Positions 15,501 to 28,077 of a DNA stretch of 64,000 nucleotides are shown here, one piece after another (the stretch's first letter is position 1; each line of letters starts with the position of its first letter). The notes below the pieces were generated by a model that had not been told where the DNA came from, did no database searches, and was given only the letters and a program-made list of their open reading frames with translations. Origin of the DNA: Mytilus californianus. Lineage: Eukaryota. The position numbers were made by a program, and so were the translations under genes. The DNA lies in the NCBI RefSeq assembly GCF_021869535.1, contig NW_026262723.1, forward strand, positions 58,590,001 to 58,654,000. Direction: 5' to 3'.

Positions 15501-18500
15501 TACTTTAAAATTATTGTAATATTTAAGTACCTGTATTTTACAGTACTTGATTTGTACTTGAAATTTAAGTACTATAGATTTTTGGTTACACCGTTACATG
15601 TACATTTTCAGCATTTTGAAAGTTTTTCTATTTAAAATCTCTTAAAGTTATGATGTTCAAACATGGAATATTGTGATCACTGTTGGTATTATTTCTGTAC
15701 CAAAATTTTAAGTACAAATCAAGTACTGTAAAATACAGGTACCTAAATATTACAATAATTTTAAAGTAAAGAAATAGTACTAAATATTAAAAGTAAATTT
15801 CCAGTACTACAGATTTTAAGTACAGAAATAGTACCTATGCAAAAGTACCAGTGTATGAGGTACTTTTTATATATCTACTTTATTCAAGTTCCAAAATATG
15901 ATGATATATTCTAAATTTTGTGATAAGTTTATGAACTTCAATATAATGATATCATGTTATTGACTGAGCTTTTGTTGGTACAGTCGACTCCACTTAATTG
16001 CATACCGCTTAATAGCATAATTCGGTTAATTGCATAGTTTTCTCCTGCACAAAACCATTTCCCATTCATCTAATGTTAAATTGTCCGGTTATATGCATAG
16101 CTCTACAAGTGGCCTTTCGGTTTATTGCATAGAAAATTATCGCCATCTAGATATGCTTGGTTAAGTCTATCGAAATTTTTGACCGGAAACGGCAAGTTGG
16201 TGAGTATATTTTTCTTGAATGCATCATTATTTTCATTATTTCATATTTACTTTTGTGTTATTCAAATAAAGTTTTAAAACCGTTTCTTTCGTGTTTATAT
16301 GATTGAATTTGATTTAAAAATAAACCTCGATATCTACCAAGGTAAAGTTTCCCATTGTTCTATTTTAAGCCTCGAGGTCATAAAATTGTCAAACAGGTAA
16401 TTGTTGTAAAAACACTGACCATTCTATCTAAAAAGGTGTAATTAATTGATTGGATTTCACACACTGTCAATAGATTACATTTGGGGTGAAATTCAAAAAC
16501 AATAACGCCTGCTAATTATCGATCATTATCCAATGTGAACTCCCGTAATTGGGCTTGGGGTGATCTGCATTTATGTTAAATATTACAGGGCATTTATATA
16601 TGGTTCAAGAATTTTATACATCAATCATTTAATTTTAATATATTTTGAAAAGAGCATTTATTTCTAATTATTATATTTTCTCACTTTCAATACTCGTGTC
16701 CAGCAAATAACCCGTATAGGGCCTCTTTACTGCTTTGCATATACGAAACTAACGAAGTCAAATAAACAGTGTTACTTCACTCTGCAAGCTGTAAATATTG
16801 TATATCAAAGGCAGTTTAGTACACATCTATTGTTAAAATGATTATAAACTGTGTAGTTTTGTTAAACAGTTCATTTTAATCAAAGCGTAACAATGTACAT
16901 TGTACATACGGGTCATAGAAACAAATCTATTTTTAGAACGAATTTATTTTCGTATCCCAGGTAAACTGGTAAAGGAAACGTCGGTACGCAAATAAACTAA
17001 AACAAAATGTGTTTATAATCTTTATTGAAATAATACAAAATAAAATAACGTGAATGACAATAGACATATAACTTTTATTAGAATAAATCAACATTCAATA
17101 TGTTGTAATTGGATTATAGACATTCATCTTTCTTCGGGGATTTCCTTTACTGATCTGTTCTATCGATGTTATTTGACTCCGTAATTTGGCATTTCGGATA
17201 TAAGCATACTCCGCTTTATTGCATAATTTTGTCTAACAAATAGGCTATGCAAATAACCGGAATGTGTCATTGTTGGCTTGTCTGATAAAGAGTTTATACA
17301 AAACTGAAAAATATATAGAGAAACATATGCTCTTTCTGTTATATCATGGATAACACCACTTCTCCCTCATCAATTGTTTATCTTTAGCTTTTATTTTAAC
17401 TTGCTCCCTACAGCACACTTGTTGAAAATCGGTAAATTTAACTATTGACGGAAAAAAGATTGGAACCCACTCATAACAATAGATTATGTATATGTGAGGG
17501 TCTGGATGGGGTTCACAAAATAGAGAATAAGTGACAAAAAAAAAAATAAAGAATAGAGAAAAGTGGGGTGCTGCTAAAATATAAAGAATAGAGAATAATG
17601 GGCAATATTAATAAAAATTATAGGAAAATGACCTTAATAATTTAAGAATACATAAATGAAGACCCCTATCAAGACCATCCTATATAATCATGGTCACTGA
17701 ATCTTCATTTGTACCAGCAGTTTTTAAATTGCATTGATTTCATACATTTCAGATATGGTGATGGCTATATTGTAACAGTTTATATGTCTGGTTTATCAAC
17801 AAATAAAGTTAGAGTACGAGATTTCTTTTTGTCAACGTTCCATGGCTGTCGAACGAGGGTGAGTTATTTCCCTTTACCTGTACAGATTTTTGCTCTGCTT
17901 AGATCAAGTTGTATCCCTTTGATTCGACAAACGTTATTCTCTATGCTTTTTTGTCGAGCCTTCGACTTTTGTTGAAAAAGCGAGACATAGCGATCCTACA
18001 TTCCGTCGGCGTCGTCGTCGTCGGCGTCCACAAATATTCACTCTGTGGTTAAAGTTTTTGAAATTTTAATAACTTTCTTAAACTATCCTGGATGTCTACC
18101 AAACTTGGACAGAAGCTTGTTTATGATCATAAGATAATATTCAAAAGTAAATTTTGTAAAAAAAAAATTCCATTTTTTCCGTATTTTACTTATAAATGGA
18201 CTGAGTTTTTCTGCCAGGAAACATTACATTCACTCTGTGGTTAAAGTTTTTGAAATTTTAATAACTTTCTTAAACTATCCTGGATTTTTACCAAACTTGG
18301 AGAGAAGCTTGTTTATGATCATAAGATAGTATCCAGAAGTAAATTTTGTAAAAAAAAATTCCATTTTTTCCGTATTTTACTTATAAATGGACTTAGTTTT
18401 TCTGCCAGTTAACATTACATTCACTCTGTGGTTAAAGTTTTTAAAATTTTAACAACTTTCTTAAACTATTCTGGATTTGTACCAAACTTGGACAGAAGCT

Positions 18501-21435
18501 TGTTTATGATTAAAAGCTAGTATCTAGAAGGAAATTTTGTTAAAATATTGTTCCATTTTGTTCCATATTTTACTTATAAATGGACTTAGTTTTTCTTCCA
18601 GTTAACATTACATACAGTCTGCAGTTTAAGTTTTTAAAACATTTATTAGATTCATAAACTATCCTGGATTTTTACCAAACTTGGACAGAAGCTACTTACA
18701 ATCAAAAGATAGTATAGAGAGGAATATTTTTATTAATTTTTTTCCTCATTTTCGTTGAGCCTGTGACTAACAGCAAAAGTAGGCGAGACACTGGGTTCCG
18801 CGGAACCCTTACGAATTTTTTTTAAATTCAAGCTGGCAGTTTGAATTTGTTTCTTTAGAAATTATTTAATTAAGACATCGAACCTCAAAAATTATTTATA
18901 ACACTGCTTTTGCCAAATGTAAATCTTGTGTATATAATGCAGAATTTTTATAACATAGAAAATGACTTCATTTTATATATTATGTCAATTTTGTAGGATA
19001 TTTTGCCAGTAAGTTTGGATAAATGAAAATATTCAATAATTGCATCAATTGGCCAGAATTTATACAACCTATATTCTGCTTATATAATACGTGCTTGATA
19101 ATTGAAATCTAGATGTCATGGAACAGTTTTTCATTATAATCATTAAACAGTTAAAAATAAAGGAAAGATGCATTATGATTGAACACATACTGTACATGTA
19201 TTATATATATATATATATATATATAGTTTAAATGTGGAATTTCAGGAAGAGTTTATATTCTGCCATACCTTGCTAGTTTCTAATATAAATGCTAGACTAA
19301 TTGGCAGTTTTTGTGGAGCTAGCTAACCTATTTTTGTACTGTTGGATTGTTTTACTACCTTGTTTATTTATAGTTATGGATCTTTATTTTTTTTGTTTTA
19401 CTTTGTAATATAAAAGAATATATGAGTCTTAATACAAATTTGAGGTTATAATTCAACTAAAAAGTACAAAGCATTTTACAAATTTATTCCCAGGAGTCAC
19501 TTGTGCCTTCAGTAAGTATATATGTTTGTAAAATACACAATTTTTCATGAATATATTCAAAACTATATGTCTGGTGTTTTACATTACACAAATTGAACCT
19601 AGATTTTAGGGTCTTCAGATGTCAATACACTTCCTACACATGTTTATCATTTTGACCTTGACATAGTAGCACTACCTCAATAATTCTTTCTTTTTATTTT
19701 ATATTTTCACTATGTAATCCTATGTTTTTTTCTAATGGAACCAAAATATATATTACTTTTATCTCGACAGACTCCATACTAATATTGAAATAGTGTAAAT
19801 ATTATGATGTCTTAAATTTTGCTCATTTATGGAATATAGGGCATCTTCAATGTCAATCACTTATGGAATAGGGTGCGGAGATTTGTTGTATTGGATTATA
19901 TAGTTTGAGTTTCACCCTATGAATCATTTTTTGTACGTGTGTAATTAATTTTTACAGCTTTTTTATGTTTACTTACTGTCAATAAGGAAAACAACACATG
20001 CATAAGATATTAATAAATAAACATCTAGCCAAACAGTTTTCTTTAGATATTTATTGATAAATCTGTAGGTTTACTTTTAAAGTTATTCAAGTAATGATGT
20101 TACACATTAATTTTATACCATGATGCTTTTCATCATTTTCTGATCCTTACAGTTTTGAAATCTTTAAAATACATATCTTTAACTCAAAATTATATTATCA
20201 TAATACTCGATTATATTCCTAATTAGGAAATATCCTTTTCTTGCAAAGTATTTTGAGCCACACTTGATCAGGTAAAATTAATTAACTATTACAGTGCTGC
20301 ATGAATCTACTTCTATATATTTTATTATCAAAGTCTATATAAGCTATAAGTACTTGAAAATTATCAAATTTCATTTTCATTTAAAATATTTTATCGAAAT
20401 ATTGGTAAGGTTTTGTTTTTTTTATTTCTAGGAGGATCACCATGGTGTATTACAAATTGAGATTCCAAAACACAGATCTTCAGTATCGGACATATTTGTA
20501 CATCTGGAACAAATAAAACATCAATACAACATCATGCATTACTCCGTTTCACAAACAACGCTTGACAATGTAAGTGTATATACTGTAAACCAACTAATTT
20601 TTGTGATTAGAAAAATATCGTGAATGTACACCTTTGTGATTTAGTAAAACACAGACCTTCCTTATATAGATACATCAAGAAAATAAGAAAAATCATGACA
20701 ATAAATTGTCCTTATATCTGCTAGAAAGGGCTTGGTGCCAAATTAAGTATCAGCGAAAAAAAGTTGGTTTACAATAAGTGATCATTTGATATGGTTGTTG
20801 GTCACATAAAAAGTTTTAGCAAATATTATTTTCATATCCAGATCATGACAAGTTCTTATTATATTTTGTTGTCACTTTTAAAACATAATGAAATAACCTT
20901 ATAATCAGCATAAAATCAAAAACCAAAACAGAGCAACCCTTAGATTTTAATAATGGTGGTTCATAAAGGCTTAAACTATAAAATAGATAAATCATATTAA
21001 AAAGTGTCCTTTTAATGAACGTTTATTACAAGAGATTTTGTCCTACTTTTGTAAAGACATTTGTGGCTTGTTTGTTTTATGAAACACTATAATTTGTGTT
21101 ATACAATTTGTTTATGACAAAATTATCTTCTCAACATACTGTTAGTAAAAACTACATCAAGAAGATGTGTGACAAATCTTTATTTAATATTTTAGGTGTT
21201 TTTGAATTTTGTACGGGATCAAAATGATGGTGTAGTACCAGAAATATATGAATCAAGTTCCGAAGGAAGTACCTCGGAAGACACGTGGAATGAAGGTTCT
21301 TCAGAGGCCTTTACTAATCCTCACTATGCTTACAATAATGAAGGTTTTACAACAGAAAAAGACTCTCTTCCTGTCAGATATAAAGACTACAACAAAGATG
21401 GTAGACATAGTCCCCTTTATGCTACAAAAATGTGA
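528..21435 (+). CDS. ABCA: ABC transporter subfamily A (ABCA12/13-like), 3' part: second ECD/TMD2 and NBD2; 5' end lies outside the window
   Basis: Exons, all with AG/GT borders and consistent phases: 528-669, 1118-1376, 1650-1745, 2435-2665, 2948-3102, 3436-3496, 4261-4438, 5256-5371, 6665-6812, 7686-7939, 8284-8470, 8905-9011, 9526-9667, 10983-11114, 14214-14317, 15093-15185, 17753-17858, 20432-20569, 21196-21435 (TGA). Motifs: [44 protein letters not shown], Walker [18 protein letters not shown], signature [24 protein letters not shown]-loop [12 protein letters not shown]-terminal VFLNFV. KRFHH and YGGWSF resemble the ABCA12/13 clade from memory; exact orthology needs a phylogeny. Confidence 0.95.
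6330..6592 (+). repeat. Interspersed high-copy repeat fragment
   Basis: The AGATGTGGTATGA..GCCAATGAGACAACT motif recurs in short copies near 5175 (-), 24800 (-), 35390 (-), 46880 (+) and 49040 (+), so this is a dispersed family; class not determined. Confidence 0.55.
9786..10020 (+). mobile_element. Degenerate HINE head fragment (related to the 25469 family)
   Basis: TTTTATGCCCCTGCTGCAGCTGAGGGGCATTAAGTGTTACCCTTG...TCCGTACGTAC hairpin head; extent approximate. Similar decayed heads occur near 14538 (+), 28680 (-) and 61700 (-). Confidence 0.55.
11692..14132 (+). mobile_element. Non-autonomous Helentron-like element (HINE/pearl type) with an internal satellite
   Basis: 5' subterminal repeat AAGTCTCCCAAACGAAG (11697-11713) with adjacent fold-back TTTGGGAAGACTT; (TTA)n(TTC)n microsatellite at about 11745-11806; central tandem array; exact reverse complement CTTCGTTTGGGAGACTT at 14083-14099; 3' hairpin GTAACAG-catc-CTGTTAC (14101-14118); T-rich ends. 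Confidence 0.8.
12107..13990. repeat. Satellite array, 134-bp monomers x about 14, alternating A/B (268-bp dimer)
   Basis: ACAGGGTTAGTCCCC recurs at 12107, 12241, 12375, 12509, 12643, 12777, 12911, 13045, 13179, 13313, 13447, 13581, 13714, 13848, then a shortened unit ending near 13972. Diagnostic variants alternate strictly. Confidence 0.95.
15421..15853. mobile_element. Foldback MITE with about 145-bp inverted arms and TA flanks
   Basis: The left arm (cacagctacttttgcataggtactatttctgtac...gtacttgatttgtac) is the reverse complement of the right arm (gtacaaatcaagtac...gtacagaaatagtacctatgcaaaagtaccagtg). TA on both sides suggests the Tc1/mariner class. Confidence 0.7.
15981..17270. mobile_element. 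Degenerate Tc1/pogo-like DNA transposon remnant
   Basis: Begins TA|CAGTCGACTCCACTTAATTGCATA with repeated TTAATTGCATA-like subterminal motifs; a partial reverse-complement match (TATGCAAATAACCGGAAT) lies near 17248-17266. No transposase ORF. Right border uncertain. Confidence 0.45.
17947..18820 (+). mobile_element. HINE-type element with (CGT)n microsatellite and about 192-bp internal tandem repeats (x3.7)
   Basis: Head TTTTGTCGAGCCTTCGACTTTTGTTGAAAAAGCGAGAC, then (CGT)n. Repeat units start at 18039, 18231, 18422 and about 18615. A related subterminal motif lies near 18755-18790, followed by the 3' palindrome GGGTTCCGCGGAACCC (18793-18808). Confidence 0.8.
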
Positions 21436-23794
21436 TTTTTATTCAGTGCAAAGCCAAATAAAAATGTTTTTTTCAGTGACATGGTTTCAAAAAAGTTTTT
21501 TGTATGAAATTTACAAACAATTTTGCTAACAATTTATGGTGTGCAGGTCCAACTTAGTTTTATAAGAGGGGATTTGTAGATATTATTCCTTCTGTGATTT
21601 CACCAAAGAGATTAAAATATTTATTGTATCAGTCAAAAAATTATACAATTTGGTTAAAATAATCCATTAAAATACAGTAAAACACAACCTAACTGAACCT
21701 TCATAATTCAAAATCTATGTCTTGGGTATCAGGAATGAGGACTTGTGTAAACTGAATTGTCTGTTCCAGAATATAATGCATTCTGGGTAATATTTTCAAA
21801 AGCATAAAACCAAAACCATGTGGTTGGGTAAAAGCTTCCCAAACAATGGAAATTCAACCAAAGATGTGACATTATTCTCATTTGGGGGTATAAGAAATTA
21901 AATAACCCATAGTCCTTTAGATTCTGAAATGGTGAATTCCCATCTTATCAAAACAAAACATCTTGTCACAAAGGGTTTCAGTTAAGTAAGTTTAATGGTA
22001 ACAATTGGTAAATAACTGTACATTGAAAATTGAACTAAATATTTCCTAACTAACAAATATTTATGTTTTTTTTTCATGGTTTCCAATGAGATTGGGCTTT
22101 GAGTGTCAGTTTGTCAACATGTTATAGACCAGTGAACTTTAATAAGAAAATGGTATCTAATTAGAAATAAAGTTTCCTAACTTTCTTGTATTATCTACAA
22201 GTTTTAAGCCATATAAATCTGAGAACTGAAAATGAGAAATTATCTACATAAATGATGTTACTGTAGGTAAATTATATATTTACTTATATTATTTCACCAT
22301 ATGCTATAGAAAGGGGAATCTTTGTTTTTTTTTTATCATGTTTCTTAATTTGACCATTGTTTTGTTCATGAAGGAATATTTTTTATGATGTTTCTTAATT
22401 TGACCATTGTTTTGTTCATGAATGATTTTTTTTATGAAGTTTTGTGCTTGTTTTTTACTTGACTTATAGCATGAGATTACTTTGAAAATGATTAGTATAT
22501 ATATATTTATCTATGTTTTTCTATTGAAATTAAACAATGCAATTGAACTTTTGTTTTATACACTTTTTATCAATGCAATACATGAAATATCTATTTATGG
22601 TTGTTGTTTTTTTTGTCTTCACTAAATATAAATAAGGTTATGAAAAACATTTTGTTTTCTAGTATATTTCTATTATCAATTTAGGCCATACTTAAAATGT
22701 TTCTAGATTTTCCATGGACCTGCACAATTTTCATTATTCACTTTTTTAACCATTTGATACAAAAAACCTGGGAAACGGTTTTTTATAAAAGAAACAAAAA
22801 CACAATAAAATGTAAAATTTGGCGAACTGCTCCACATTTAATCTGTTAATACCACAGATGTGTGTATTAACAGATTAAAAGTGTGAGTAAAGAAAAGGGC
22901 TTTACAAGCACGGAGTGTTTTAAATAACCAAATATTTTGTCTTTTTTAAAGCCTCCATAGGATAGTTTATATCAATGCAAGATTATTTTTTATTTTTTGA
23001 AATATGTAATTTATATTTCCTTGTTATTGTTGGTTGTTATTGACAACATGTCTTTTTTTTTTATTCCAATGCAAAATGTCAGTCTGGTGCAAAATAACTT
23101 ACATTTTAAATATATGTTAATTTCTGTTGATTATATCCTGTATGTGTTATTGATATTTCATTGTGTTAGAAATGTATAACAAGTTATCTATGTTTAAAAA
23201 AAAATGTAGATTTCTTAAATTTATATCGTAGAAAGCCTAGTTTTGTACCCTAATTAACTTAGTATGCATTCAAAGAGATTTCATAAAAGAGTTGTGAGCT
23301 TTCAATATTAGTGTATCTTTTTATGCTTAATAGGCGACCATTCTTGAAAGAGATTTCAAATCAGAATTGCAAGCTTTGAAAATATCATATATACTTTTTT
23401 GTGTGCAATAAATGAATTTGACATTCCACAGCTTTACAATGACAGACCTTATTTTTTTTGCAAATTAACTCACATAAATAACATTTGATCTGTTGATCTG
23501 AGACATCCAACTTCCTCTCTTGTTTGTGACAGAAATTTCATGGGGGGAAATATTTCACACTACTAAGTACAAAGTTGAAAGTTCATCTATTGCAAGGGGT
23601 AAACCATTGAATCTAGTAACAGATAAAATTAATGGGAAAACAATATCCTTCATATAATTATGTACAAAGTTGAAATTCATATATTTAAGGGGTAAACCAT
23701 TGTATTTAGTAACAGTCAAAATTAATGGAAAAATATCTAGTTCCTGTAAATGGAGAAAAACTAGAAATACACATATTGAAAGGGTAAACTATTA

Positions 23795-24021
23795 GGGAGC
23801 TACCATTTGTTTTTTATGGGGAGGCTAGGATGAAATTTGAAAAAAAAGGCAGGACAGGAGTTTTGAGTAAAAAAAAAGGCAGGATGAGCAACTTGGCAAA
23901 AAAAAAAAGGCAGGACCGAATAGAGTGAAAAATAAAAAGGCAGGACAGAGATAACAACTAAAAAAAAGGCAGGACAGAATTTTTCATCCTAGCCCCCCAT
24001 AAAAATCAAATGGTAGCTCCC
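23795..24021. mobile_element. PIF/Harbinger (Tourist-like) MITE, copy 1
   Basis: About 40-bp TIRs GGGAGCTACCATTTG.TTTTTATGGGG..CTAGGATGAAA; TTA target-site duplication at 23792-23794 and 24022-24024; internal AAAAAAGGCAGGA motif x5. Confidence 0.85.
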
Positions 24022-25468
24022 TTATATCCTCATCCTTGACACATAATCAAATATAACCAAGAATTTTATCATACTTCATCATCCATTTTGTCTCAACGTC
24101 TGTGATAATATTCTTCATGATACATAATTTGTTATGAATTACTATTTAACACTTAGTAGACTAATTATTCAATTTGATATAACATTTTAATTTAACCATA
24201 ATATATAAGAATATTTTCAACTTCCCAAATATTTTAATCTCCAGGTTACTGGGAGGAAGGATATAGCAAAAGTCTGTCCCTCCGTCCTTTTAAAATTTCT
24301 TGTTTACACAATAATTTGAGTAAAACTGACTGCAAATAAAATCATCTTGAAAGAACATTAAATGAAAGTTATTAGTCAAATATTTTGGTGGAAAATCCTA
24401 GCTTGGAACTGAAATTTTTTTATTAGAATTTGCTGCATTTCAAAATTTTTTTGTATGACTGCTGTAAATTTGTATTCGATGCATATTTATGTTTTTGGCA
24501 AAGTTTATTTTACTTTGAGTATTATTCTGTATGTTTCATTATTTTTGTGAAATTGTTAAAGTTTTACCTATTATTTCATTCTAATTTTAAGCATTTTGAA
24601 AGAGGAAATACCTTTTATTAAAGATATACTCATTTATCATGTAAATGCTCGGACTTAAAAAAATGTACAAGGTTTTTTTTCAATCGCTTCCATTCTTAAA
24701 TACCCAAATATTTTAAGAGATAAACATGTTAAAGTAATAACTTTCAGTCAGCTGAACTAATAGTGATCTATAATTACTTTCATTCACATCATTTGGACTC
24801 ATTGGCAATCATACCATATTTTTATATTATGTACCTGAGTGCATGTGTACCTTTCTGGTTGTGGTGGTCAAATCTATTGTCATTCTATCTTGTTCACTAA
24901 ACAAACTCATTAAACATTCTGCATTTGTTATTGCATATCATTGTATTTCTCAATGTTTTCATCAACCCATAGGTTTCAAGATTGAAATGTTTATATTTGA
25001 TTTGTTTTTTATACAATCTGACCATAAATATATTGTTTGATAGATGCTTATATTTTATTAGTTACTTTATATATTTATAAATAAATAAATGACTTTCAAT
25101 ATACATTGTATTCTTTGAATTCCAATTACTGAAATATGAATAACAGGAGATGTGCAATATACATCAAGAGACATGACATGAGACAGAAAACCAACAGCAC
25201 AAAAAATAAAAGATATTTTGAGGTTAAAATAGGGTCTTTACAGTAAGTGTCTACACAGTATATCAAGCTCTATAAAAATTGTAAATAATTTCAGGCCTTT
25301 TAGAAGAAAAAAACTTCGATCATGATTATCTTACTCAGACTTAGAAATCAACCAATCAAAACACTGGATTTGGTGTTTCGAGCACAAATTTTGTACTCTT
25401 GAGTAATGAGTTAAGTTTTATGACTGAGAGCTCAGGACTGAAGAAAGACCCTTGTTGATCTGCTGTTA

Positions 25469-26057
25469 TTTTTATGCCCCCGCCGTAGCGGAGGGGGCAT
25501 TAAGTTTTACCCTTGTCCGTCTGTACGTACATACGTACGTACATCCCAAAATTGGTTTCCGTTCTCTAACTTGAGTTTGCCTCAACCAAACGTTATGAAA
25601 CTTATACATGATGCTAATTACCACAAAACACAGATCAAGTTTGAATTTTGGTGGTGTCACTTTAACCGTACTAGAGTTATGCCCCTTTATAAATGGAAAA
25701 ATGGAAAAATTTTAGTTTCCATTCTCCAACTTAAGTTTGCCTCAACCAAATGTTATGAAACTTATACACAATGCTTATTACCACAAAACACAGATCAAGA
25801 TTGAATTTTGGTAGCGTCACTCTAACTGTTCTAGAGTTATGCCCCTTTATAAATGGAAAAATTGCAAAATTTTAGTTTCCGTTCTTTAACTTAAGTTTGC
25901 CTCAACCAAATGTTATGAAACTTATAAACAATGCTTATTACCACCAAATACAGATCAAGTTTGAATTTTGGTAGCATCACTATAACCGTTCTAGAGTTAT
26001 GCCCCTTTATAAATGGAAAAATTGCAAAATTTTTAGTTTCCGTTCTGTAACTTAATT
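25469..26057 (+). mobile_element. 3'-truncated HINE-type element with 160-bp tandem repeats (x3 plus partial)
   Basis: Head hairpin ATGCCCCCGCCGTAGCGGAGGGGGCAT, then TAAGTTTTACCCTTGTCCGT and a (CGTA)n-like microsatellite; units start at 25556, 25716, 25876 and 26037. Confidence 0.8.
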
Positions 26058-27969
26058 TCATTCTGAACACAGCATGTTCCTTTTTTCATTAAATTTAATG
26101 AAAGGTCTCAATTTTTGTAATGATTTTTACTTAATTTTGGAGAGGCTAAGTTGTTCCATAGAATTGTGGAAAGTATAAATTTCCAATCAGCTTCCATCTT
26201 ACCTTCTACCGAAAATAAATTGCCAGATGTCCTCTGAATTTCAAGTCCTGTTAATATTAAGTTTTAGTTTGTGTATTGTTATTTGACTTTTCGTTGTATT
26301 TTACCATGGCATTGTTAGTGTGTTTTCAACTTATGAGTTTGGATATCCCTTTGGTATCTTTTGCCTCGCTTTTACAATATAGCATGAGTCATGACTGATA
26401 AAAAAGAATCTAGTCAGGATATTACATACAGACTACCAATAAAATAAGTCAAATCTTTTAGATGCTGCCTATTAACAGACAAGTTGTTATATCATATATG
26501 AATAAAAGAATAAGAGTTCCAATGTTGCCCGCGTTGCACATATGTTATCTGTCCAAGGGCAATAACTAAAAAAAAAAATTTTGTTCTGAAAATTATCTTA
26601 GAGAGTTGAAGACTTGAGAGCAATTTAAATAAAAATAATTGATGGGCACTGATTTTAGAACTCGTCAGATACATTGCAAGACCGGACAGAAGGACGGACG
26701 GACACCCAGTATTTCTACAGTGTTTTCCCCTGCAACGATAAAAGTGTAGTTAACCTCAATAAGACTGCAACCCAAAGAAATAAAAAATAAACATCAAAAT
26801 CCCATTTCATACATTGTTTCCACATGGGTTAAATACATGTCCGCCATATTATGCCACACAAATAGTGGTCCCTTTAGGTGTAACACCACTAATTCAGGCC
26901 TGGTCAGAAAACACCAGAAAGTAGTACATATTTAACACAAAATAGTTCCTAGGCATGGGTGTTACTTTAAAAATATGTAAAATATTTTGGTAATATTGGT
27001 ATCAAATGAAAGCTGAATGACTGGTGATCATTGTAGAACAGTTTTTGACTTATAATTTTGAATAATAAAAAAATAGCATGAAATTTAAAAAGGGGGGTAC
27101 ATTTTGCCTGTTTGTCAGATCTGAAGTACCTGTTTTGGTACATCCAAAGATCCGGGATCCAGTTCTCTCTTATTTGCAATTAAAGGTATGTTGATTTTTT
27201 TAGTACAAGACACCATTATGTGTTGCTTTGACATGCAATGATTGTCACTTTATTTGAACTTAAGACCAAAGAGCTGTGCCTGCTTGAAATTTAAGAATAT
27301 AACATTGAAAGCAACAGGGCCATGAATTAGTGGTGTACTTCCTATACTATCATTCTTCAATTAGTTCATGGGGAAAATGAAGTATCCTGTACTGGAGTGT
27401 AGTTCAGCAGTTGTTGTTGGTTGCTATCGGCCAGTAGTATTTTAGGTTTAATGTTATTTCTTTCCTTTTGAATTGTTCAACTTTTTGCAATTGAAGGGCC
27501 TTTTGATATTGCCTGCTGTCAGTATATGTTTCTCATCATTGAAGACTATATGGTGACCTGTAGTTTCCTACATCCTCATTCTATGTAGTATAGTTCTCAA
27601 ACACTGAGATAGCGGAGATGTCGCTATACTCAACTTACACGACTAAGTCAGGGTTACATAGCAAGGACAATGTTGAAACTGTTTTCTGATTTTGTCTAAT
27701 TGGTAATCATATATCTGTTTTATATACTGAAAGATTTTGACTTATTAAGTTCATTATTGTGGATTCATTTATAATGGTGGATACCAATTTTCCTGGATTG
27801 AAGAAAAATCATACTTTCTTTGATACTTGATTTCATGGATTTCACCAATGCTTGCATACAATCGTTGAACATTTAAATTCGTGGTTCATATATACCACTA
27901 ATGGTAAGCCAAGGATATTTGTTATACAGTTGTATTAGCATTAATAGCATATTTCTTCATGACAAAGAA

Positions 27970-28077
27970 GGGGCCTCGGTGGCCAAGTGGTCTAAGTAGT
28001 TCAACTACTGTAATCACTAGCCAGTCTACACTGTGATTGTGAGTTCGAACCCTGCTCGTGCAGGTGCACTCAACTGA
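27970..28077 (+). mobile_element. Truncated SINE (head only), same family as 29036
   Basis: GGGGCCTCGGTGGCCAAGTGGTCTAAG...GTTCGAACCC, collinear with the 29036 copy; ends abruptly. Confidence 0.75.
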
